Origin: an uncultured virus (IMG/VR IMGVR_UViG_3300035210_000116)
Lineage: Duplodnaviria > Heunggongvirae > Uroviricota > Caudoviricetes
Virus record (IMG/VR): IMGVR_UViG_3300035210_000116
Reading direction: 5' to 3' (one strand)
Length of the DNA: 64,000 nucleotides
In this document: in pieces, positions 11,422-17,606 of the stretch
Layout: the number at the start of each line of letters is the position of its first letter
How positions within the stretch are numbered: the stretch's first letter is position 1
Program-made: the position numbers and the translations under genes
The notes under the pieces: model-generated
Told to the model about the DNA's origin: nothing
The model's input: only the letters and a program-made list of their open reading frames with translations
Database searches by the model: none

Positions 11422-11874
11422 CTACACTACGTAGTCTTCGTAGGTGAGGCCTAGTTTAGTAGCGATCTGCTTCAGAACTACTGTCTCAGTGGCGTCTACC
11501 TCACCGTCACTGGCGGCGATGTCATATGCAATTAGGAAAACATCTTCACAATCAGCGACAGAATCATCTCCTTCGGCGTTACGCAAATCGCCGATCTCAC
11601 GCAGCAACGCGGCTTTACCGGCCATCGGACTCGCTTCGATCTTAGTGGCATAGGCAATCACGATCTTGGAAACGTCGGATGCACTAAAGGCACCCTTGAT
11701 CTTGTTGTGGTTGGCCAGGGTGATTTGGCCATTCTTCAACTCATCTTTGCTGATGCCACCGGAAGCCGCAGCCACTAGGATAAAGGCAGCAGCGATGGCT
11801 TCGAACACGTCCTTGTTAACTTTCTTGGCCTGGCCAGATTTGAGTTGAGTAGTGAAACGGTCTAGAAGACCCAT
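11422..11874 (-). CDS. terB: TerB-family protein
   Basis: Two helical repeats, LVAAASGGISKDE and IAASDGEVDATE..VL..IA..LGL; start taken at MGLLDRF. Confidence 0.8.
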   Translation of the reverse strand: MGLLDRFTTQLKSGQAKKVNKDVFEAIAAAFILVAAASGGISKDELKNGQITLANHNKIKGAFSASDVSKIVIAYATKIEASPMAGKAALLREIGDLRNAEGDDSVADCEDVFLIAYDIAASDGEVDATETVVLKQIATKLGLTYEDYVV

Positions 11875-12013
11875 AGTTTTATGCTCGTGGTTGGTTAAAA
11901 GGGGTTGTGCCAGTCTTTCCTGGCTGCCAAGCATGGACTTGTTTAGCCTCGCTACTATGCTGGGCCCAACGAGGAGGTTACTTCTCGTAATTAAATGAGA
12001 CGTAGAACTGGCC

Positions 12014-12345
12014 TTATTTTTCTTCGCGCTTGTTCATACGAAGGATCCTACTACATTACACGGCTTTTTTCTTCGTGTAACTAGAAAATCAGACTTCTTT
12101 TACTTCGCGCCGATAACTAACGAAGGATCTTAAATTCCCGTCTATTCGGGACAAGCTGAGCATTATTTTACTTCGCGCTTTGCGTCTACGAAGGTTTTCC
12201 GAGGTCAACGGAGGTCATCATGAAACAGCCGCGTCCCAACTTTATTTTACTTCGCGAGGACGCACACGAAGGTTTTTGCTCGTCTCTCCGAACTTGTCGC
12301 GGCACATCATTTATTTACTTCACCGCACCGTTTATGGTGAAGGTT
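12014..12345 (-). repeat. Five-unit array of hairpin/pseudoknot repeats, consensus (A/T)CCTTCG-N12-13-CGAAG-(T/A)AAAATAA, period 68-81 nt
   Basis: Stems start on the plus strand at 12022, 12103, 12171, 12250, 12318; the last has a compensatory stem CTTCACC/GGTGAAG. Confidence 0.85.
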
Positions 12346-12353
12346 CTCCAGGA

Positions 12354-12983
12354 TTAGTTTAAGGTACGTGGCGTAGTGTATGCTTTTTCTAGGCTCCAAC
12401 CTAGCTTTAGCCGTGTAGTGATGAGAGTTGAACATCCTCCTAGATCTTTTGCCCAATCTGCTTTGCATTGAGTCTTACCATTGAAGGTATAAAATACAGA
12501 GTTGGACTTATTTCTAGCTTGCGTAGCATTTGAGGCTCACACACAATTATCCTTTGAATACCCTTTAGAACCATCTAAACGTTCTAAGGAATAGCCAGGC
12601 GGTCTTTGGCCCATATCGTCACGAAATTTTGTAAAGTCGTCCCATTCCTTGCAAATCGCTATTCCTTTCCCTCCGTAATCTAAGTAACTGACATTCTTGG
12701 GATTAGAACAACGCTGGCGCATGTTTAACCAAGTACTGTATAACTGTCCTTTAGCCCCTCGTCTTGCTTCTCCATGTGTACAATTTTGTTTCGCTAGTTC
12801 AGTTTTTAGACAACCACAACTTTTTGTATTTCCAGTTACAAGCTGTGTTCCAGTTGTCTCAAACTCTTTTCCACAAACACAAACACACTTCCAGCGTGAC
12901 CTGCCGTTCTTCGAATTTGGCCCTCGGTTTAAAACGGTTAATCGATCAAAAGCTCTACCGGTAAGTTCTAAGGGCCTAGTCAT
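12354..12983 (-). pseudogene. HNH homing endonuclease interrupted by an in-frame TGA at 12537-12539
   Basis: LTG..F.RLTV, WKCVCVCG, SCGC, YGGKGI.IC.EW, LERLD..KGY...NCV*ASNATQARNK; the frame continues to TAA at 12354. Confidence 0.85.
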
Positions 12984-13044
12984 ATTTATCTCCCAAAAAG
13001 AGCATTTTAACATGCCTAGGCCCTTAGTGCACGGTTCCTCGCAG

Positions 13045-14652
13045 TTAAATTTTCTCCGCGATGAAATCGGACACAATCTGAGGAAGGCTCGCATCAGCCC
13101 CAACGCAGTCCAGCATTCCGGAGTCTTTTGGATCAGCGATTGTGAAATTAGTCGCAGTCAAGCCCATGACTACTAACTTCACGTCGTGGCCTACTTGCTG
13201 GCGGTATTCGCGCAAAGCTTGTACTGGCTGAATACGGCCGGCGTAAGTCTCTGAATCCGTCGCGATAATTACAGTCTCAAAGTTCCGTTGCTTCTGTTTA
13301 GCCCAAACCACGGGGAGACTGCAATCAGTTCCGCCGAACGGTAATCGATTAGTTTGGCGAATTATATCGTCTAAGCGTTGTTTAGGGCTGATGTTGAGCG
13401 GAATAAAAGACGTCGAAAAGGCCATGAACTCGTAGTCTTCTTCCAGACGCGCGACTGCCATAGCAAAGGCAACAGAGGCAGTTCTTGCAGTCATATGCGT
13501 TCCTGCGACCATGCTACCGTCCATCGAGCCGCTGACATCCATGGCAAACAGGATTTTCTTTCCTGTCGGAGCAACGTTTTTGAAAGATAGGTAGAAAGCC
13601 GCATCCAGAGCATCTACTATCTTTTGAACCGGAGTCCAAGTTAAAGAACCTTTTACACCGCGCCCTGCCTGATAGGTTGTAAGAGCCAGAAGGATTGAGA
13701 AAGGATGTACACGCGCTTTTTGTAAAGCTTCTGCATCCTGTAGTTTGGAGATCACCAACTTTGTTGCTTCGCTATTTGGTTGAAGTAAGCCAATATTCGT
13801 CATCTTCGATAAGTTTCTAAGCGCCGCATGGAGTGGCATCTTTTGGAGCAAGGCTTCCCAGACGGAGACGCTATTGAGCCAGGTATTCGGAACCATCTCT
13901 CTTGTGAGCCCAAAATCATTTATCAGCGCGATATTTGGCTTATCTGGGCTAGCCATTGCCTTGATATGAGCTTGGACAGTTTGTGGAAGCATTGACTCAT
14001 CCGCAACTACTTTTCCAACCGCCCACTTGAATAGATCATTCATTTCAGCATCTTTTGGGACTGGATGCGCCATACGTAGTGCGTCTTTTGTGGACCAGTC
14101 GTTACGAGTGCGATACTTGGTGAATTGATAGCCGAGTTGATCTGGGGTCTTGGATGTATACCACGAGGCAACAGTTTCGCGTAAAACACGTCCCCAGCCT
14201 CTAAGTGGATTCACATAGCTGATGAACTCAAACAAATGGCTCTGAGTCCGTACTACAGAAGAAAATACTTTCATGGCTTCATGACGTACAGGCAGAGTTC
14301 CATGCGAGAAGGCCAAGGCCAAAGCAAACAAGGTTGGACTTACTTTAGGACCCCTGCCTTCCACCGAGATTTGCTTGAGTAGCTGAATAGCTTCAACACC
14401 GATGTCTGAAGGAGCGGAGAAAATATCTACGGCTACTTTAGCGTTGTCCTTAGTCAGTTTCTGTTCTGTTGCGTAGTATGTACCTCCGGAACTTCCAAGA
14501 ATAAGAAAACGTTCGAACTGTTTAAGTGGAGAAATTGTAAAGGTCATGCCATGGGCATTGTTAAGCGACATTTCCCGTTCTCTACCAGGAATGACCTGCG
14601 TTTGTGGAGTTGTAGAATATGAGCGAGCGAAGTTTGCGTACGGACCGGACAT
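13045..14652 (-). CDS. rsr: Ro60/Rsr TROVE-domain RNA-binding protein
   Basis: NNAHG..F, RFLILGSSGGTYY, RGWGR, KYR.R..WS.KD.LR.AHP, A.LRNL.KM, L.KARVHP, vWA DVSGSM, GGTDCSLP, TDSET, IADP.D.GMLD..G.D. Confidence 0.96.
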   Translation of the reverse strand: MSGPYANFARSYSTTPQTQVIPGREREMSLNNAHGMTFTISPLKQFERFLILGSSGGTYYATEQKLTKDNAKVAVDIFSAPSDIGVEAIQLLKQISVEGRGPKVSPTLFALALAFSHGTLPVRHEAMKVFSSVVRTQSHLFEFISYVNPLRGWGRVLRETVASWYTSKTPDQLGYQFTKYRTRNDWSTKDALRMAHPVPKDAEMNDLFKWAVGKVVADESMLPQTVQAHIKAMASPDKPNIALINDFGLTREMVPNTWLNSVSVWEALLQKMPLHAALRNLSKMTNIGLLQPNSEATKLVISKLQDAEALQKARVHPFSILLALTTYQAGRGVKGSLTWTPVQKIVDALDAAFYLSFKNVAPTGKKILFAMDVSGSMDGSMVAGTHMTARTASVAFAMAVARLEEDYEFMAFSTSFIPLNISPKQRLDDIIRQTNRLPFGGTDCSLPVVWAKQKQRNFETVIIATDSETYAGRIQPVQALREYRQQVGHDVKLVVMGLTATNFTIADPKDSGMLDCVGADASLPQIVSDFIAEKI

Positions 14653-14691
14653 AATAACACCTTAACGTTGGTTGGTTGGTTGGTTGAAAGA

Positions 14692-14752
14692 AGGGCTAAT
14701 TAATTATCAAACGGTTTATCATTACAGGTGGTAACGTTTGAAAATCGGCCCT
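14692..14752 (-). ncRNA. Y RNA-like gene 1 (linear)
   Basis: AGGGCCGA..TCAAACG-TTACC...CGTTTGA..TTAGCCCT, about 40 nt upstream of rsr. Confidence 0.75.
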
Positions 14753-14761
14753 AAAAAAGAG

Positions 14762-14837
14762 AAGGCTAAAAGCGTCAAAGAGGATTTTCATAGTCTGACG
14801 ACTAAGTCATGGAAGATAATTCTCTGACTACGGCCCT
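14762..14837 (-). ncRNA. Y RNA-like gene 2 (linear)
   Basis: AGGGCCGT-A-GTCAGAGA-ATTATC...TCTTTGAC..TTAGCCTT. Confidence 0.75.
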
Positions 14838-14844
14838 AAAACGG

Positions 14845-14918
14845 GGTGAGTGACGGGCTTCGGACCCGTATTTCTAGGAATCACAGTCCTAGGCTTTACC
14901 AATTAAGCTACACTCAAC
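14845..14918 (-). tRNA. tRNA-His(GTG), slightly atypical
   Basis: G-1, anticodon loop CTGTGAT, C discriminator; T-loop TCCGAAG and a 1-72 mismatch are non-canonical. Confidence 0.75.
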
Positions 14919-14921
14919 ATT

Positions 14922-15042
14922 TGGAGCGGGCAAAGCGCTGTGTTTGAGAGTTCAAGGTCTACAAGTATCTCGGTTGTAGCCTAGTCTTTAATTCGAATGG
15001 TTAGTTCGGATGTTGTCAAGATAATCAAACACTATCGGCCCC
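14922..15042 (-). ncRNA. Y RNA-like gene 3 (linear, long, ends in CCA)
   Basis: GGGGCCGA-TA-GTGTTTGA-TTATC...two internal hairpins...TCAAACAC..TTTGCCC-GCTCCA. Confidence 0.75.
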
Positions 15043-15124
15043 AGAAACATTTGCATAGTTTATTCGGCAAGCTCCTACTATGCTAGGAGTTTCACGGCCA
15101 GTCCTAGTTAGAACTGTCCTTGCC

Positions 15125-15409
15125 TTATTTTGGTAAAACGCTCGCAGCAAGCTGGTTGATGCTGCGTAAGAAAAGCAAACGCGTTCTTGGATAAGTCCAC
15201 TTTAGCCAATGTCTCTCGTTTGTTGGATCTCCTATCTCTTCAGACAGAATCATCCGCCATATTTGTGCTGGAGTGTACTTATGAATGTAGTTTTGATCCC
15301 GCGCTGCTTGGGCACTTACTACATGTCCGTGCATAATAGCTCTACGAATAGCCTTACGAACGGGGTCACTTTTATTATATCGAGAATGATACAAATGATC
15401 TTTTGACAT
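15125..15409 (-). CDS. Hypothetical basic protein inside the ncRNA cluster
   Basis: ORF with AGAGG RBS before MSKDH. Confidence 0.55.
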   Translation of the reverse strand: MSKDHLYHSRYNKSDPVRKAIRRAIMHGHVVSAQAARDQNYIHKYTPAQIWRMILSEEIGDPTNERHWLKWTYPRTRLLFLRSINQLAASVLPK

Positions 15410-15816
15410 TGGCCTCTGATGAGAGCACCTACTCATAGTAGACCTCTGATTATTTCCTACATTTTCAACTAGCTTGCGGAGTATATTCGCTAGAAGCAAC
15501 AAGCCGCCCCCGTGGTCCTAAAATTGAGTACACGAGCCTCCCGCCTGGCATTTTAGTAGGTTAAAACCCCCTGAAAAAATTCGTCACCTGTGGGGTTATT
15601 TATCCTAGCATATTCTCCCACCGGTCTTCTTACAAGCCGAGGTGTGGCAAACGGATAAAGGGCGTTTTGTAAGACAAGCCCTTTAACAACTCTCTCACCT
15701 AAATGATCAATTTCTTGAGCGATGATGACAAAACGGTACTACCATAGAGATTTTTATTTTAATCCCCGGCCCTAAAGACCGTTGGCTTTTCTTATTAGAC
15801 GATGGTAGCATTAGTT

Positions 15817-15891
15817 TGGCGACCCTGCGGGGTTTCGAACCCCGGTAATGTGATAGACAATCACATGTCCTAGCCTTTAGACGACAGAGCC
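15817..15891 (-). tRNA. tRNA-Asp(GTC)
   Basis: TGTGA-TTGTCTA-TCACA anticodon arm, G discriminator, CCA. Confidence 0.9.
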
Positions 15892-15900
15892 ATATTTTGT

Positions 15901-15960
15901 AGGGCTAAAGATAGTTTTGCTGTTTGATCGCCTAATGATAAAGCAAAACTGGACGGCCCT
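15901..15960 (-). ncRNA. Y RNA-like gene 4 (linear)
   Basis: AGGGCCGT-CC-AGTTTTGCT-TTATC...AGCAAAACT..TTAGCCCT. Confidence 0.75.
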
Positions 15961-15965
15961 GAAAT

Positions 15966-16095
15966 TGGTGGAGTAGCCTCGATTTGCACGAGGATCGTTC
16001 ATTTTACAGATGAGAATACATCACTATCGTACCGGGTTTGGACGGTCAAGATGTTGCAATGCACTTTTAACGCTCTACTATTAAGCTACTACTCC
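15966..16095 (-). ncRNA. tRNA-Y RNA chimera A
   Basis: Acceptor GGAGTAG/CTACTCC-ACCA, D arm, T arm CCTCG-TGCAAAT-CGAGG; anticodon arm expanded by about 55 nt containing TTGACCG-loop-CGGTACGA. Confidence 0.7.
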
Positions 16096-16101
16096 AGAAA
16101 T

Positions 16102-16165
16102 TGGCGCGAAAATAAGGGATAATCTACCGGCCGTGTTTGGCTAAAGATGTAGGTCCCGTTTTCGC
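16102..16165 (-). ncRNA. Mini permuted Y-like RNA 1
   Basis: GCGAAAA/TTTTCGC-GCCA closing stem; inner TTAGCC-AAACAC-GGCCG...TTATC. Confidence 0.65.
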
Positions 16166-16171
16166 ATTGTT

Positions 16172-16237
16172 TGGTGCGAAATAAATAAACTCCACCGGCC
16201 AGTGGTTATAGGTGGGATCCTAGTCTAAATATTCCGC
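16172..16237 (-). ncRNA. Mini permuted Y-like RNA 2
   Basis: GCGGAATA/TATTTCGC-ACCA closing stem; inner CCACC..TAACC-ACT-GGCCG-GTGG; tandem paralog of the previous element. Confidence 0.55.
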
Positions 16238-16243
16238 ATTGTT

Positions 16244-16319
16244 TGGTAGCGAGGGCGCGATTCGGACGCGCGATCTTAGGTTTATGAGACCCATGAGATA
16301 ACCACTTCTCCACCTCGCT
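16244..16319 (-). tRNA. tRNA-Met(CAT), initiator-like D arm
   Basis: Anticodon loop CTCATAA, TGGAG D stem, CCA. Confidence 0.8.
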
Positions 16320-16452
16320 AAATTTTAAGTGTCTCTAGATCAATATTTCTATTTCTATCTTACGCCCGCGAGCGGTAGATGGCTACTTATAGAACAAGAC
16401 CTTGTTAATTCCCTAGAGACCGATCAAGGCTATTCCGTTTTACTCATATATT

Positions 16453-16504
16453 CGGTGGACATCAACGGGGTTGAACCGTTCACTACCGTCGTAGCTTAAT
16501 GTCC
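16453..16504 (-). ncRNA. Truncated tRNA-like RNA (acceptor, T arm and one hairpin)
   Basis: GGACATT/GATGTCC-A, AACGG-TTCAACC-CCGTT, single hairpin GCTAC-GACG-GTAGT. Confidence 0.6.
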
Positions 16505-16513
16505 GTAATTAGT

Positions 16514-16635
16514 TGGGACTGAGAGGTTTCGAACCTCTGACATGCTGTTGTGATAATACACCAAATCCGGACTATTTGTCAAGTTTGGATGGCGCATGTT
16601 TTTGACGGCTGCTCTACCAGCTGAGCTACAGTCCC
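16514..16635 (-). ncRNA. tRNA-Y RNA chimera B
   Basis: Canonical GGGACTG-TA-GCTCAGCTGGTAGAGC and AGAGG-TTCGAAA-CCTCT-CAGTCCC; anticodon replaced by TGCGCCA..TTGAC-AAATA-GTCCG..TGGTGTA-TTATC. Confidence 0.8.
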
Positions 16636-16644
16636 ATTTAAAAA

Positions 16645-16796
16645 GGTGAGGGGAGCAGGTTTCGAAGCTGCAATTTCACTATTAAGTGAACCGGTTCCTA
16701 TTATTATGTAAGTCTATCGACCCATTTGTAATGGGTAAATATATCGATATACAATTTTATATATACCGGTGCGTCTACCAATTTCGCCATCCCCTC
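16645..16796 (-). ncRNA. tRNA-Y RNA chimera C (Leu-type body with long variable arm)
   Basis: GAGGGGA/TCCCCTC-ACC, D arm GCGAAATTGGTAGACGC, ACCGGT/ACCGGT stem enclosing TTTACCCAT-TACAA-ATGGGTCGATA. Confidence 0.7.
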
Positions 16797-16801
16797 ATAA
16801 C

Positions 16802-16877
16802 TGGCTCCGAAAAGAGGTTTCGAACCTCTGACAAACTGCTTAACAGGCAGCTACTCTACCAACTGAGTTATATCGGA
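16802..16877 (-). tRNA. tRNA-Asn(GTT)
   Basis: GCTGC-CTGTTAA-GCAGT anticodon arm, G discriminator, CCA. Confidence 0.9.
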
Positions 16878-16895
16878 TTAGTGCAGAGGATTATA

Positions 16896-16924
16896 ATAAT
16901 AATCTAAATCCTCGTGAAAGTCAA
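16896..16924 (-). promoter_or_regulatory. sigma70-like promoter facing the tRNA/Y RNA/rsr cluster
   Basis: TTGACT-17 nt-TATTAT just upstream of tRNA-Asn. Confidence 0.6.
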
Positions 16925-17022
16925 ATGCTTTCTCCTGTATGTTGTCGATCAAAGCGAAAAGTTCTTCGTCTGAAATGTCATCGTTAAATAGTTCGTTGTC
17001 TATCATTTTTATACACGTTGTG

Positions 17023-17097
17023 TGGTCGGCGCCGAGGGAATCGAACCCCCTTAGTCATGGTCCCAAACCATGCGATCAGCCAATGAACCAGGCACCG
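17023..17097 (-). tRNA. tRNA-Pro(TGG)
   Basis: CATGG-TTTGGGA-CCATG anticodon arm, C1-G72, ACCA. Confidence 0.9.
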
Positions 17098-17100
17098 AGA

Positions 17101-17164
17101 TGGAAGGGCTAGTTAGTTATGCTGGGGTTGTATCTTAGAAGGATAACCCATCAAGAACGGCCCT
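17101..17164 (-). ncRNA. Y RNA-like gene 5 (linear, ends in CCA)
   Basis: AGGGCCGT..TGATGGG-TTATC...CCCAGCA..CTAGCCCT-TCCA. Confidence 0.72.
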
Positions 17165-17364
17165 AAAATCAAAACGCGCTTACATGGAGACGTCTAGAAT
17201 TCTCCTAGTGGGTTACACCACGTTTTTCTGTAAAGTAAGCGCCTCATCATCCTAGAATAGTGTGGTTAATGTTGCTTTTACACCACAAGGTTTTATTGTA
17301 GCAACCCTTCAGCTAGTCATTAATATTACCGTTCGTCAGACTAGCAGTTGAGAACGAGTATTCT

Positions 17365-17440
17365 TGGAGCGGACACGGAAAGAATCAAACTCCGGTCATT
17401 AGCTTGGAAGGCTAAGGTAATATCACTATACGATATCCGC
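17365..17440 (-). tRNA. tRNA-Gly(TCC), degenerate D and T loops
   Basis: TTAGC-CTTCCAA-GCTAA, GCGGA acceptor, TCCA end; lacks D-loop GG and has a 2-nt T-arm insertion. Confidence 0.7.
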
Positions 17441-17450
17441 AAAAAACGGT

Positions 17451-17510
17451 TGGGATAATTGATTTATCATGCGAGTGTCAGTAATTTAGGTAACGCACGA
17501 CTTCGTCCCA
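17451..17510 (-). ncRNA. Y RNA-like gene 6 (linear)
   Basis: TGGGACGAA-GTCGTGCG-TTACC...CGCATGAT..TTATCCCA; compensatory GGGA/TCCC versus GGGC/GCCC in the other copies. Confidence 0.75.
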
Positions 17511-17516
17511 GAAACT

Positions 17517-17606
17517 TGGTGTATGGTAGTTGATTCGAACAACTGTGGGCCATCAAGACCAACGGATTTACAGTCCGTCCCCGTCAACCAGCTTGGGTAA
17601 CCATAC
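17517..17606 (-). tRNA. tRNA-Tyr(GTA)
   Basis: ACGGA-CTGTAAA-TCCGT anticodon arm, long variable arm, ACCA. Confidence 0.9.

Noticed and set aside
12014..12345. Canonical CRISPR array
   Set aside because: Repeat interiors vary in sequence and length, the period varies from 68 to 81 nt, and no cas operon is present; the Cas4-like gene is an ordinary phage replication-module nuclease.
12537..12539. Genome-wide TGA-to-Trp recoding
   Set aside because: TGA terminates other apparently complete genes (for example the MazG-like gene), long genes are uninterrupted, and no suppressor tRNA was seen.
14667..14686. (GTTG)5 microsatellite upstream of rsr as a phase-variation switch
   Set aside because: It is short and non-coding, more simply an unstructured CA-rich leader; there is no evidence of variation.
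15053..15124. HDV-like (theta) ribozyme next to tRNA-like genes
   Set aside because: There is no room for P3/L3 between the P2 5' and P1 3' strands in either orientation.
15480..15800. tmRNA or RNase P RNA
   Set aside because: No GATTCGAC/T-arm-CCA tmRNA ends and no GAGGAAAGTCC RNase P motif were found.
15966..16796. Group I intron-containing tRNAs
   Set aside because: The inserts are far too short, lack group I core motifs, and carry the Y-like helix instead.
16686..16907. Plus-strand ORF over the RNA cluster (likewise 9664-9864, 12180-12362, 24945-25211)
   Set aside because: These are antisense to tRNA/ncRNA elements or better-supported genes; spurious.
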